In this document: one piece after another, positions 9,109 to 19,030 of the stretch
How positions within the stretch are numbered: position 1 is the first letter of the stretch
How the letters are laid out: each line of letters starts with the position of its first letter
DNA from: Desulfobacterales bacterium
Lineage (GTDB): Bacteria; Desulfobacterota; Desulfobacteria; Desulfobacterales; JAHEIW01
Length of the DNA: 38,537 bases
Assembly: GCA_041559695.1 (NCBI GenBank)
Contig: JBFFCW010000003.1
Location: forward strand, 1-38,537
Direction of reading: 5' to 3'
The notes under the pieces: model-generated
What the model was told of the DNA's origin: nothing
Seen by the model: only the letters and a program-made list of their open reading frames with translations
Database searches by the model: none
Translations under genes and position numbers: made by a program

Positions 9109-10851
9109 ATGAAAAGATTTTTGTGTCTTTTGAGCATCTTTGCACTGATCCTGTGTGCGGTCGGTGCGAAAGCCGAAGTTAAAAATCCGGATATCTTTGT
9201 GCTGGCCGACTACCGGACGGTGCAGACGATTGACCCGGCCACATCCTACGATGTTGCCGGATCCATGCGGATCTGGAATATGTATGAGACACTGATTTTC
9301 TTTGACGGCAGTTCAACGGAAAAATTTGTACCGCTGCTGGCAGCCGAAGTTCCAACGGTGGAAAACGGCGGCATCGCGGCAGATGGCAAAACCTATACGT
9401 TTAAAATTCGCAAAGGCGTAAAATTTCACGCCGGTGGTGAATTGACTCCGGAAGATGTGGTCTATTCCTTCAAGCGCAATATGATTGTGGACCAGGACGG
9501 CGGTCCCATGTGGATGTTGCTGGAAGCTCTGACGGGCAATGGTTCGACACGGGATAAAGACGGCAAAATCATTCCCGGTGTGTTTGAAAACATCGACCAG
9601 GCAGTTGAAGCCAAAGGGGACAGCGTCGTTTTCCATTTGCCCAAACCCTACCCGCCTTTAATGAGTATTATGTGTTATACGGCGTCTTCCATTTTAGACA
9701 AAGAATGGGCCATCGCCACAGGCTGCTGGGATGGAAATATTAAAAATGCCGCTAAATACAACAATCCGGCACCCGGTCACGAGCCCTTGCAAAAAATCGA
9801 AAATGGAACCGGCCCGTATCATTTGAAACAGTGGGAACCGGCCAAACAGTTTATCTTTGAACGCTTTGACGGGTACTGGGGCCCCGCGGCCAAGATTAAA
9901 ACGGGAATTGTCAAGTATGTCAAAGAATGGAGCACCCGCAAGCTGATGCTTCAAAATGGCGACGCCGACCGCGTTGTGGTCGACACACCCTATGTGCCGG
10001 AAGTCAAGGCCATGAAGGCGCTCAGCATTTATGAGGTGCCCCAGTTGTCTTATACCGCCGGCATGTTCTGTCGCAAAATCAACCCAAGCGGCAACCCCAA
10101 TATCGGCAGCGGCAAACTGGACGGAGACGGTATTCCGCCGGATTTTTTCACCGATATCAATGTGCGCAAGGCGTTCTTGCACGCTTTTGACCGCAGTACT
10201 TACAAAAAAGATGTCTTCCACGATCTGGTCATCATGCCCACCAGCCCGAATGTAGAAGGTCTGCCATACCACATCGATGTGCCGGTGTATGAATTTGATT
10301 TGAAAAAAGCCGCTGAATATATGAAACAGGCCTGGAACGGCCAGGTGTGGGAAAAAGGCTTTAAGATGATCATCACCCACAACACAGGCAATGAAATGCG
10401 TGAGGCGGCCGCCGTGATGCTGGCTGAAAATATCATGTCCCTGAATCCCAAATTCAGAATCGATGTGCGCAATGTCGAGTGGAAAGACTATGTCGTTAAA
10501 ATCCGCGATTTTCAGTACCCGATGTTTTTGAGCGGCTGGGGGGCGGACTATGCCGACCCGCACAATTTTGTCTATCCGTTTATGCATTCAAATGGGTATT
10601 ACGGTAAATTTATGAGCCTGAAGAACGACAAAATTGACGGCTTGTGCGACGCCGGTATCGAAAATGTCGACCCCCGCAAGCGCCAGGAAATTTATTCACA
10701 GCTTCAAAAAATCTGGTACGAGGATGCCATCGGCATTCCGCTTTACCAGCAGATCGTGGTGCGCGCCTACCGGGATTATGTGCACGGCTTTGTCCCCAAT
10801 GCCATGTTTACCGATGATAATGAGATCCTGAAACGTCTTTACAAAAAGTAG
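9109..10851 (+). CDS. Peptide/nickel ABC transporter substrate-binding protein (family 5)
   Basis: Signal peptide (AKA-E); TIDPATSYD, DGKTYTFKIRKGVKFH, NGTGPY, GWGADYADP; AAGGAGG RBS. Confidence 0.93.
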   Translation: MKRFLCLLSIFALILCAVGAKAEVKNPDIFVLADYRTVQTIDPATSYDVAGSMRIWNMYETLIFFDGSSTEKFVPLLAAEVPTVENGGIAADGKTYTFKIRKGVKFHAGGELTPEDVVYSFKRNMIVDQDGGPMWMLLEALTGNGSTRDKDGKIIPGVFENIDQAVEAKGDSVVFHLPKPYPPLMSIMCYTASSILDKEWAIATGCWDGNIKNAAKYNNPAPGHEPLQKIENGTGPYHLKQWEPAKQFIFERFDGYWGPAAKIKTGIVKYVKEWSTRKLMLQNGDADRVVVDTPYVPEVKAMKALSIYEVPQLSYTAGMFCRKINPSGNPNIGSGKLDGDGIPPDFFTDINVRKAFLHAFDRSTYKKDVFHDLVIMPTSPNVEGLPYHIDVPVYEFDLKKAAEYMKQAWNGQVWEKGFKMIITHNTGNEMREAAAVMLAENIMSLNPKFRIDVRNVEWKDYVVKIRDFQYPMFLSGWGADYADPHNFVYPFMHSNGYYGKFMSLKNDKIDGLCDAGIENVDPRKRQEIYSQLQKIWYEDAIGIPLYQQIVVRAYRDYVHGFVPNAMFTDDNEILKRLYKK

Positions 10852-10882
10852 GAGCGATCTTAAATAATAATCAAATGATACG

Positions 10883-10997
10883 GGTTGAGCCCGTTGGCCC
10901 GTTAGCCCGTTTGCCGGTTAAAAACAACACCAGTCCTTTTCCTATCTTAATCGGCTTAACTGGCTCAATCGGCTCAACCGGCTCAACCGGCTCAACC
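10883..10997. repeat. Inverted tandem 8/9-mer element, GGCTCAACC family
   Basis: Left arm GGTTGAGCCCGTTGGCCCGTTAGCCCGTTTGCCGGTTAA (10883-10921); right arm TTAATCGGCTTAACTGGCTCAATCGGCTCAACCGGCTCAACCGGCTCAACC (10947-10997). Confidence 0.9.
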
Positions 10998-11005
10998 TGA
11001 CAATT

Positions 11006-12037
11006 ATGCTCGCCTATATTACGCGACGGTTTTTGCTTTTGATATTGGTGCTGTTCGGGGTATCGGTGCTGCTTTTTGGCATCTTTATGACCTTCAGCCC
11101 GGAACGCAGAGCCGCCGCCTACGTCACCTCTCCCCAGCAGGCCAAAGACATTCCCCGGATCATCGAGCAGTTCGGTCTGGATGATCCCTTTTACATCCAG
11201 TATTTCCGCTGGGTAAAAGAACTATCCCAGGGCAACCTGGGCTGGTCCCTTGTGGCTTCGCGGCCGGTGGGCGAAGCCTTCTGGAATTATTTTCCGGTCA
11301 CCCTGGAGATGAATCTGTTTGCGGCCCCCATTGTTATTATCTTTGGCATCTGGCTGGGGACCTTATCCGGTATCCACCGCAATACCTGGATCGACCATTC
11401 GACCCGAATTCTGGCGATTGTGGGCTGGTCGCTGCCCACCTTTTTCTTTGCGCTGGTTATGCTGATGGTCTTTTACGGCTACTTTCAAATTTTTTCTCCG
11501 GGTGTGATCAGCGACTATTTGTCCATGTCAATCATGGACAATCCGGAGGCGTTTACCCGCTACACCGGTTTATACACGCTTGACGGCATCCTCAACCGGC
11601 GCTGGGATGTTACCCTGGATGCGATGTCCCACCTGGTTCTTCCGGTTCTAACCTATGTCATCGTTGTTGTGGCACTAAACATGCGGGTGATGCGCTCGGG
11701 CCTGATCGAAGAGCTGTCCAAAGATTACGTGATTACGGCCAGAGCCAAAGGCGCCGATAACAAAACCGTTTATATCAAGCACGCCCGGCGCAATGCCTTG
11801 TTGCCGGTGATTACGGTGGCCGGTCAGATGGTGGCCCTGTCCATGGAGGGCAGCATTGCTGTGGAAGTGGTTTTTAACCGCCACGGCATCGGCTGGTGGC
11901 TGGCCGAATCGTCGATTCAACTCGATACACCGGTGCTGCTGTGTATTTGCCTGTTTATGGCGGTGGTGTTTGTCATCACCAATCTGACGCTGGATATGAT
12001 GTATGCGTATATTGATCCGAGAATACGGTTGAATTAG
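11006..12037 (+). CDS. Peptide ABC permease, DppB/OppB-like
   Basis: MLAYITRR, GLDDPFYIQY, DYVITARAKG (EAA loop), YAYIDPRIR. Confidence 0.93.
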   Translation: MLAYITRRFLLLILVLFGVSVLLFGIFMTFSPERRAAAYVTSPQQAKDIPRIIEQFGLDDPFYIQYFRWVKELSQGNLGWSLVASRPVGEAFWNYFPVTLEMNLFAAPIVIIFGIWLGTLSGIHRNTWIDHSTRILAIVGWSLPTFFFALVMLMVFYGYFQIFSPGVISDYLSMSIMDNPEAFTRYTGLYTLDGILNRRWDVTLDAMSHLVLPVLTYVIVVVALNMRVMRSGLIEELSKDYVITARAKGADNKTVYIKHARRNALLPVITVAGQMVALSMEGSIAVEVVFNRHGIGWWLAESSIQLDTPVLLCICLFMAVVFVITNLTLDMMYAYIDPRIRLN

Positions 12038-12127
12038 TTCTATTAGTTAAATTGGTTCAATTGGTTATGTCTCCGAGGACGCTTTATAAACAAATTAAAC
12101 CAATCAAACCAATCAAACAAATGAAAC
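12028..12127. repeat. Inverted tandem 9-mer element, AAACCAATC family
   Basis: Left arm GTTGAATTA GTTCTATTA GTTAAATTG GTTCAATTG GTT (12028-12066, overlapping the dppB stop); right arm TAAACAAAT TAAACCAAT CAAACCAAT CAAACAAAT GAAAC (12087-12127). Confidence 0.85.
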
Positions 12128-12137
12128 GGTTTTACAT

Positions 12138-13043
12138 ATGACCACACGACATCCCAGACTGCGTGAGCTTAAATTTACGCTGCACCGGATTTTCAGAAAC
12201 CCGGCGGCCATTATCGGGTTTTCCCTGATTTTGTTTTTCGCGGCCGTGGCCGTTTTTGCGCCGCAAATCGCACCACCGAAATACGACCACAACCCCTATC
12301 TGATGCCCCACAAAGGCTTTTCGCCCACTCCCAAACCGCCCAGCGAAACCCATATTTTCGGCACCGCGTCCGGCCAGTACGATATCTTTTACGGCGTGGT
12401 CTGGGGGACGCGGACCGCCTTTAAAATCGGGTTGTTTGTGGTCGGCATCGCGGCGTTGATCGGGGTCACTCTCGGAGCGATATCCGGCTATTACGGCGGA
12501 ATTGTCGATGAGGTGTTGATGCGCATTGTGGATATCATGTGGGCCATCCCCACCCTGGTGCTGGCCATGACCATTGTGGTGGCTTTCGGCCGGGGTCTCG
12601 ACAAAATCATGATTGCCCTGGCGCTGGTGGGCTGGCGCTGGTACGTGCGCGTGATACGTTCTGAAATCCTGACGTTGCGCGATCAGGATTTTGTCCAGGC
12701 CGCCAAAATAATGGGCGTGTCCGACGTTATGATAATTCTGCGCCATATCATCCCCAATGCGATTTATCCGGTATTGATCCTGGCAACCATGGACATGGGC
12801 TCCATGGTGATCACCGCCTCGTTTATGAGCTTTGTGGGGCTGGGGGCACCCAAGGGATTTGCCGATTGGGGCCAGATGATTGCCCTGGCAAGAAACTATA
12901 TTGTGGGCCCGCCGGACGATCCGCTCAAGTTCTGGTATGCGATTGTCTTTCCCGGCGGCTGTATCGTCCTGTTTGTTCTGGGGTGGAATCTGATCGGCGA
13001 TGCCTTGCGCGACGCCTTCGACCCGAAGTTGAGACGCAGATGA
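12138..13043 (+). CDS. Peptide ABC permease, DppC/OppC-like
   Basis: HIFGT..GQYDIF, DFVQAAKIMG, RHIIPN, NLIGDALRDAFDPK. Confidence 0.93.
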   Translation: MTTRHPRLRELKFTLHRIFRNPAAIIGFSLILFFAAVAVFAPQIAPPKYDHNPYLMPHKGFSPTPKPPSETHIFGTASGQYDIFYGVVWGTRTAFKIGLFVVGIAALIGVTLGAISGYYGGIVDEVLMRIVDIMWAIPTLVLAMTIVVAFGRGLDKIMIALALVGWRWYVRVIRSEILTLRDQDFVQAAKIMGVSDVMIILRHIIPNAIYPVLILATMDMGSMVITASFMSFVGLGAPKGFADWGQMIALARNYIVGPPDDPLKFWYAIVFPGGCIVLFVLGWNLIGDALRDAFDPKLRRR

Positions 13044-13077
13044 TTTGAATGCGGATTTTAGAATATTTGATTTGTTT

Positions 13078-13332
13078 TTTTGGACAGGATTTACAGGATT
13101 AACTGGATATTTTTTTGGCTTTCCGGATGAAAGCCAAAAATCTCAATCGCCTTCGGCGAATAAACATAATTTAAATTCCCATGATATTGGTTACTTGAAA
13201 GTATGCTGCTGCCATTAAAATACATTGAGTGGTTTTTCCCGCCGTCAGGCGGGATTGGGTTTCATCACTTTCTTCTGGAAAGTGATGAAAAATAAAAATA
13301 ATCCTGAATAATCCTGTAGATCCTGTCTAAAA
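13078..13332. mobile_element. MITE-like element, about 255 bp, with ACAGGATTT tandem terminal arms and four internal hairpins
   Basis: Left arm TTTTGGACAGGATTTACAGGATTAACTGGAT (13078-13108); right arm AATCCTGAATAATCCTGTAGATCCTGTCTAAAA (13300-13332). Internal hairpins at 13112-13140, 13147-13159, 13237-13254 and 13260-13290. Mobility is inferred. Confidence 0.7.
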
Positions 13333-13344
13333 CAAAAGAGAAAA

Positions 13345-14505
13345 ATGACCAAATTGCTGGAAACCGAAAACCTGGTGACCAACTTTTACACCTACGAAGG
13401 GGTGGTCAAGGCTTTGAACAAAGTGAGCCTGGTGGTCGATCACGGCTCTACCTTCGGTCTGGTGGGCGAATCCGGTTGCGGCAAAAGCGTAACGGTCCGC
13501 TCCATTATGCGAATTGTGCCGGAACCGGGAAGCATCGAAGGCGGCAAAGTGATTGTTTATCTGGACGAAAAGAACAAAACGGCCGGCATCGACCTTCTTC
13601 AGCAATCAGAGGCTTATATGCAGCGCCTGCGCGGAGAGCGCATTTCCATGATCTTTCAGGAGCCGAATGCAGCCTTGAATCCGACGATGCGTATCGGTGA
13701 TCAGATCGCTGAAAGCTTTTTGTTTCACCAGAAACAGCAGATGTGTAACAAAGTTTTAAAGGATCTCGAATCCCCGGACTGTCGCACGGTTTTTCCGTTC
13801 AAACGGTTACAGCAGACCATCTATCGGATGGCGGCCCGACGTCCCGATGCCTTCATAATCCGCCTTTTCAACCGGATTCCGCTTTTACGGTTCTGGCAGC
13901 GGCGCCTGAACGCTGAGGCCCGGGCCCGCGCGGTTGAAATTATCGCCAAGCTGGGGATTCCCAACGCCAAAAGTATCATCGAACAGTATCCGCATCATTT
14001 ATCCGGCGGTATGAAACAGCGCATCGTTATTGCCATTGCGCTGGCCTGCAGCCCCGTGCTGCTCATTGCCGATGAGGCCACCTCGAATCTGGACGTGACC
14101 ATCCAGGCCCAGATTCTGGAACTGCTTCACCGGCTGAAGCAGCAAGAGATTTCTTCGGTTTTATTGATTACCCATGATCTGGGCGTTGTCGCTGAAACCT
14201 GTGACCGCGTGGGCGTTATGTATGCCGGGAACCTGTGTGAAGTTGGCGATGTGAAAGATTTATTCCAAAAGCCGTTGCATCCCTACACCCGGGCCTTACT
14301 GGCTGCCGTACCTAAATTTTCAATGGAAGATGAGTTAAAAAGCATTGAAGGCAATGTGCCCAATCTGGTGACCCCGCCGAGCGGCTGCCGGTTTCACCCG
14401 CGCTGCCCGCATGCCATGGCGGTGTGCCAGGAGGCATTTCCCGAAATGACCGAAATAGGACCAACGCATCTGGTGGCCTGTTACTGGGCCGCCTCGAAAA
14501 GATAA
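13345..14505 (+). CDS. Peptide ABC ATPase, DppD/OppD-like
   Basis: [24 protein letters not shown]-terminal GCRFHPRC...C...C. Confidence 0.93.
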   Translation: MTKLLETENLVTNFYTYEGVVKALNKVSLVVDHGSTFGLVGESGCGKSVTVRSIMRIVPEPGSIEGGKVIVYLDEKNKTAGIDLLQQSEAYMQRLRGERISMIFQEPNAALNPTMRIGDQIAESFLFHQKQQMCNKVLKDLESPDCRTVFPFKRLQQTIYRMAARRPDAFIIRLFNRIPLLRFWQRRLNAEARARAVEIIAKLGIPNAKSIIEQYPHHLSGGMKQRIVIAIALACSPVLLIADEATSNLDVTIQAQILELLHRLKQQEISSVLLITHDLGVVAETCDRVGVMYAGNLCEVGDVKDLFQKPLHPYTRALLAAVPKFSMEDELKSIEGNVPNLVTPPSGCRFHPRCPHAMAVCQEAFPEMTEIGPTHLVACYWAASKR

Positions 14506-14506
14506 T

Positions 14507-14593
14507 TCACCGCCCGCTTCGCTAAAGCCGCAGAGGGCGCAGAGAAACAAAATATAAATAAAAAACTTTGCGATCTCTGCGTCTCTGCGGTGA
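14507..14593. repeat. CGCAGAG-family palindromic element, second copy
   Basis: TCACCGC...CCGCAGAGGGCGCAGAG, AT-rich spacer, CTTTGCGATCTCTGCGTCTCTGCGGTGA. The right end is identical to 756-774. Confidence 0.88.
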
Positions 14594-14604
14594 GAAATGG
14601 CAAA

Positions 14605-15633
14605 ATGGACAAAATACTGGAGCTGAAAAATCTGAAAAAGCACTATCCCATTTTAGGGGGAGTGCTGCGCCGGGAAGTCGGCACCGTCAAAGCTCTTGAT
14701 GGGATCGACCTGGATATCTATCGCGGGGAATGTCTCGGGGTGGTCGGAGAATCAGGCTGCGGCAAGACCACTGCCGGAAAAGCAATCATCCGCCTGTTCA
14801 AGCCGACCGGCGGACATGTTTATTATTACCGCAAAGGCGCTGAATCTATAGTGCCGGCGGATCTTGCCCACGAGAAAAAGTCCCGTATTAAAAAACTCGG
14901 CCTGCGCGGCAGGTTGCAGATGGTCTTTCAGGACCCCACTACCTCGCTGGATCCCCGCATGCTGATAAAACATATTGTTGCCGAACCCATCAAAACCCAG
15001 AAACGGATGAGCGGCCGGGATCTGGAAGAGCGGGTTCTGGAATTGCTTAATCGGGTGGGTTTAACCCGGGATCATCTGCTGCGCTATCCGCATGAATTTT
15101 CCGGCGGGCAGCGGCAGCGGATTGCGGTCGCCCGGGCGATTGCCACCGATCCTGAGTTTATCGTGCTGGATGAACCGACCTCTGCCCTGGACGTATCGGT
15201 TCAATCACAGATTCTCAACCTGTTAAAGTCTCTGCAGCAAACCCTGCATTTAACCTATATGTTCGTCACCCACCACCTGCTGGTGGTCAAATACATCAGT
15301 GATCGGGTGGCGGTGATGTATCTGGGAAAAATTGTAGAAATTGCCGACACCCGGGTTATCTTTTCGAAACCGGTACATCCTTATACCCATGCGCTGATGT
15401 CCGCGATCCCGATTCCGGATGTCGCCTATCAGCAGCAGCGCATCGTTTTGAGCGGCGATGTACCCAGCCCCGCCAATCCACCGGCGGGCTGCCGATTTCA
15501 CACCCGCTGTCCCTTTGCCGTTGATCGTTGCCTGACCGAAGAACCGCTACTTGAAGCCGTGGAAACCGGACATCTGGTGGCCTGCCGTCGCAAACATGAA
15601 ATGGAAAAGCTAGTGGCCGAAAGATTTGGCTAA
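14605..15633 (+). CDS. Peptide ABC ATPase, DppF/OppF-like
   Basis: [38 protein letters not shown] 14605 is preferred because GTG 14590 lies inside the repeat. Confidence 0.93.
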   Translation: MDKILELKNLKKHYPILGGVLRREVGTVKALDGIDLDIYRGECLGVVGESGCGKTTAGKAIIRLFKPTGGHVYYYRKGAESIVPADLAHEKKSRIKKLGLRGRLQMVFQDPTTSLDPRMLIKHIVAEPIKTQKRMSGRDLEERVLELLNRVGLTRDHLLRYPHEFSGGQRQRIAVARAIATDPEFIVLDEPTSALDVSVQSQILNLLKSLQQTLHLTYMFVTHHLLVVKYISDRVAVMYLGKIVEIADTRVIFSKPVHPYTHALMSAIPIPDVAYQQQRIVLSGDVPSPANPPAGCRFHTRCPFAVDRCLTEEPLLEAVETGHLVACRRKHEMEKLVAERFG

Positions 15634-15667
15634 AATCATAAACCTTTAATCACAAGGAGTTATCATT

Positions 15668-16630
15668 TTGGAGATAACCACCATCGACCCGAAGGTGTTT
15701 GATCCTGTTTCCGCCGATCCCGAAACAGCGACCTTTAATCAAAAAATTGAAAAAGATCTTGCCGCCATGCCGCCGTTATACGAATTTGAACCTCAGGCTA
15801 TTCGCGATGCACGCGCTGCCGGATACTCCATATTTGGTCCCATCAAACACCTTGAAGAAGCCAACGATCGCATGGTTCCGGGTTCGGCCGGCGACATTCC
15901 CATTCGCGTTTTCCTTCCGGATAAAGCGGCAGGGGTTTATATGCATATGCATGGTGGCGGATTTGTGCTGGGCAGTGCGGACCAACAGGATGAATTTTTA
16001 TATGAAATATGCAGGACTTGCCAGGTTGCCGTTGTGAGCGTGGGCTACCGGCTGGCACCGGAAAACCCGTATCCTTGCGCACCGGATGACTGCGAAGCGG
16101 TGGCCGTGTGGCTTGCGGAAAACAGCAGTGCAGAATTTGGAACCGATAAGCTGGTCATTGGAGGAGAGTCAGCCGGGGCGAACCTTTCCCTAGTCACCCT
16201 TCTTAGAATGCGGGATCGGCATGGTTTCAGGGGATTCTCCGGAGTGGTTCTGACATATGGCGGGTACGACATGTCCATGACACCCAGTGCTCGGCGCTGG
16301 GGAGAAAGATATCTGATTTTAAATACGAAAATCATAGACTGGTTTCATAAGAATTATGCGCAGGGTGAAAACTTGTTCGATCCCGATATTTCGCCGCTTT
16401 ATGCTAATTTAATCGGTCTACCGCCGGCTATTTTTACGATCGGAACCATGGACCCCCTCTTGGATGATAGTTTATTTATGCATATGCGCTGGCTGGCTGC
16501 CGGCAATAAGGCGGAGTTGGCCGTTTATCCCGGCGGGATTCATGTCTTTAATTTTTTTCCGATTGAACTTGCACGTAAAGCAAACAGCAAAATCAACGAT
16601 TTTATCATCAGGGCAATGGCTGACGAATAG
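15668..16630 (+). CDS. Alpha/beta hydrolase, HSL-family esterase/lipase
   Basis: HGGGF oxyanion motif, YRLAPE, GESAG nucleophile, DPLLDD, GIHVF; AAGGAG RBS before a TTG start. Confidence 0.92.
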   Translation: MEITTIDPKVFDPVSADPETATFNQKIEKDLAAMPPLYEFEPQAIRDARAAGYSIFGPIKHLEEANDRMVPGSAGDIPIRVFLPDKAAGVYMHMHGGGFVLGSADQQDEFLYEICRTCQVAVVSVGYRLAPENPYPCAPDDCEAVAVWLAENSSAEFGTDKLVIGGESAGANLSLVTLLRMRDRHGFRGFSGVVLTYGGYDMSMTPSARRWGERYLILNTKIIDWFHKNYAQGENLFDPDISPLYANLIGLPPAIFTIGTMDPLLDDSLFMHMRWLAAGNKAELAVYPGGIHVFNFFPIELARKANSKINDFIIRAMADE

Positions 16631-16827
16631 ATACACAGCATATTTCCACAGGGCCCTGTAGTTATCTTTTAACTATCTTTAAACAAGCGCTTTTTTTCAG
16701 GCCTGTGTTCCGAAAGCTGCCGCTGTTATCGTTGACACACCAATAAACTATTGGCATATTGCAGAATACAAGAGGCCATGTCTCGATTCATATTTTTTTT
16801 GTTGACTTCTAATCGAAAGGATTCATC

Positions 16828-17862
16828 ATGGCACGCAAAGAACTTCCGATCCCGTCTCATTTCAACCCGCAAAGCGTAGGTGAAGTCTGGAAAGTCCCCT
16901 ATGAGAGCCGGGCAGCCGATGCAGAAAACTGGGCAAAGCAGCATAACCTGAAGCCGGCCTCCAGCGATAAGCTGAAAATTTCCCTATTACTGGTCGATGT
17001 CCAAAATACGTTCTGTATTCCGGATTTTGAGCTTTATGTCGGTGGAACTTCCGGAACAGGAGCTGTGGATGACAATCGCAGGCTGTGTGAGTTTATTTAT
17101 CGCAATCTCAATGTGATCACCGAAATTTGTCCGACAATGGATACCCATCAGGCCGTGCAAATCTTTCATGCTATATTTCTGATAAATGACAAAGGGGAGC
17201 ACCCGGCGCCGTATACCCTTATTTCGTCAGAAGATGTTGAAAACGGGGTATGGAAATTTAATCCCCAGCTTGCATACAGCCTTCAAATCGACGAGGCCTA
17301 CGGCCAGGAATTTTTACTTCACTATACCCGTAAACTAAAAGAAGGTGGCAAATACGATTTAACAATTTGGCCCTATCACGCCATGCATGGCGGAATCGGC
17401 CAGGCGCTGGTTTCGGCCGTCGAGGAAGCGGTCTTTTTCCACAGCATCGCCCGTTTAAGTCAACCCGACTTTCAAGAAAAAGGAGACAATCCCTTTACCG
17501 AGAATTACTCGGTTCTCAGCCCGGAGGTACTGGCAAGCCATGTGGGGGAAGGGATTGCAGAGAAGAATGTCGAATTAATAAACAAATTATTGAACTTTGA
17601 TGCCGTAATTATTGCCGGACAGGCAAAAAGCCACTGCGTGGCGTGGACGATTGAAGATTTATTGAAGGAAATCCTTGGTTCAGATAAGAAGCTGGCTGAA
17701 AAAGTTTATCTGTTAGTGGATTGCACAACACCGGTGGTGATTCCAGGCGTTATCGATTACACCGAACAGGCCAATCAAGCCTTTCAAAAATTTGCTGATG
17801 CTGGAATGCATGTCGTGCGTTCTTCCGATCCAATCGCGAGTTGGCCCGGAATCAGACTTTAA
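16828..17862 (+). CDS. Isochorismatase/nicotinamidase-family cysteine hydrolase
   Basis: [29 protein letters not shown] (catalytic Cys). Confidence 0.85.
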   Translation: MARKELPIPSHFNPQSVGEVWKVPYESRAADAENWAKQHNLKPASSDKLKISLLLVDVQNTFCIPDFELYVGGTSGTGAVDDNRRLCEFIYRNLNVITEICPTMDTHQAVQIFHAIFLINDKGEHPAPYTLISSEDVENGVWKFNPQLAYSLQIDEAYGQEFLLHYTRKLKEGGKYDLTIWPYHAMHGGIGQALVSAVEEAVFFHSIARLSQPDFQEKGDNPFTENYSVLSPEVLASHVGEGIAEKNVELINKLLNFDAVIIAGQAKSHCVAWTIEDLLKEILGSDKKLAEKVYLLVDCTTPVVIPGVIDYTEQANQAFQKFADAGMHVVRSSDPIASWPGIRL

Positions 17863-17867
17863 GTCTT

Positions 17868-18641
17868 ATGAATCAAACCGTTGTTATTATCGGCATCGGT
17901 GAAATGGGCGGTGTCTTTGCAAAAGGGTTTTTGCGCAGCGGATATCCGGTTTATCCGGTTACCCGGAATATGAATCTGTCAGATGCGGTGACACAGATCC
18001 CCAATCCGGTGCTGATTCTGGTGGCAGTCGCTGAAAAAGATCTGCCCGATATTCTGGCCGGCATACCTGAGCGCTGGCGCGGATGCCTCAGTCTCCTGCA
18101 AAACGAGCTGCTGCCTGCCGATTGGCAACGGCATCATATCAACAATCCGACGGTGATTTCGGTCTGGTTTGAAAAGAAAAAAGGGCAGGACTGTAAGGTT
18201 TTCACCCCCTCGCCGATTTACGGTCCAGCGGCCGATATCATTTCGAATTCTCTGAAATCAATTGACATTCCTTGCCGAATACTCACCACTGAGGATGAGC
18301 TGCTTCTCGAATTGGTCCTTAAAAACCTGTATATTCTGACGTTGAATATTGCCGGTCTGGAAACCCTTGGGACGGCTGAAAATTTGTGGTTTAATAACAG
18401 TGCGTTGGCCCGGAGCGTTGTCCGGGAAATCATCGACGTGCAATCGTGGCAGACCCAGGTCGAGCTGCCGCGTGAGACTCTGATCGAAGGAATGGAGCAG
18501 GCAATTAAAGCGCAACCCAATCACCAATGCGTGGGGCGCTCGGCTGCAGCACGTTTGGAGCGCACGGTTAAAATAGCAGATGAAGCCGGATTAGCCGTAC
18601 CGACAATAAGGGAAATATATGCGCACCAAAAACCGCATTAA
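17868..18641 (+). CDS. Ketopantoate-reductase-like Rossmann oxidoreductase
   Basis: IIGIGEMGG, LLQNEL and KNLYIL..N resemble PanE motifs. ATG 17868, 5 nt after the previous stop, is preferred. Confidence 0.65.
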   Translation: MNQTVVIIGIGEMGGVFAKGFLRSGYPVYPVTRNMNLSDAVTQIPNPVLILVAVAEKDLPDILAGIPERWRGCLSLLQNELLPADWQRHHINNPTVISVWFEKKKGQDCKVFTPSPIYGPAADIISNSLKSIDIPCRILTTEDELLLELVLKNLYILTLNIAGLETLGTAENLWFNNSALARSVVREIIDVQSWQTQVELPRETLIEGMEQAIKAQPNHQCVGRSAAARLERTVKIADEAGLAVPTIREIYAHQKPH

Positions 18642-18785
18642 TGGGTCAATTAAAAGCGATTTTAGTCTGTCGTAAACACATATTGGCAGACGAAGTGACG
18701 ATTTTTGTCCGAATGGCCCGCGGTACAAAAGACGAAGTTTATTGTAACCATATGATATTTATATAAATGTTGATTTTATCCCTGC

Positions 18786-18801
18786 TTGGTATAAATATTG
18801 C
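18786..18801 (+). promoter_or_regulatory. Putative sigma54 (-24/-12) promoter
   Basis: TTGGTATAAATATTGC: GG 18788-89, N10, GC 18800-01, preceded by an AT-rich stretch. Confidence 0.55.
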
Positions 18802-19030
18802 CTGTTTAAATCATACTGTTTTTATCCCTGCCGGCCACAATCAATTATCTTTTTTGCTAAGTGGCCGATATTATAGTAGAAATGGTTAAAACCCCATCTG
18901 AGGCTTTGAAACCACTTCTGGATAAAAATAATTGCCGCTGTCAGGGTGAATTGATGTATAATATTATCAATCGCAGGGTTTAAGATGCCAAAACTCAGGG
19001 GGGGACATTCTGACGATGGATGTTGCTTTG

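Noticed and set aside
9694-10587. 297-aa antisense ORF and similar shadow ORFs (e.g. 12132-12746, 24761-25462, 29215-29895)
   Set aside because: They lie opposite well-supported genes and show no recognisable motifs.
10947-10997. Tandem repeats as a CRISPR array
   Set aside because: Units are 8-9 nt and contiguous, with no 25-40-nt repeat/spacer alternation and no cas genes.
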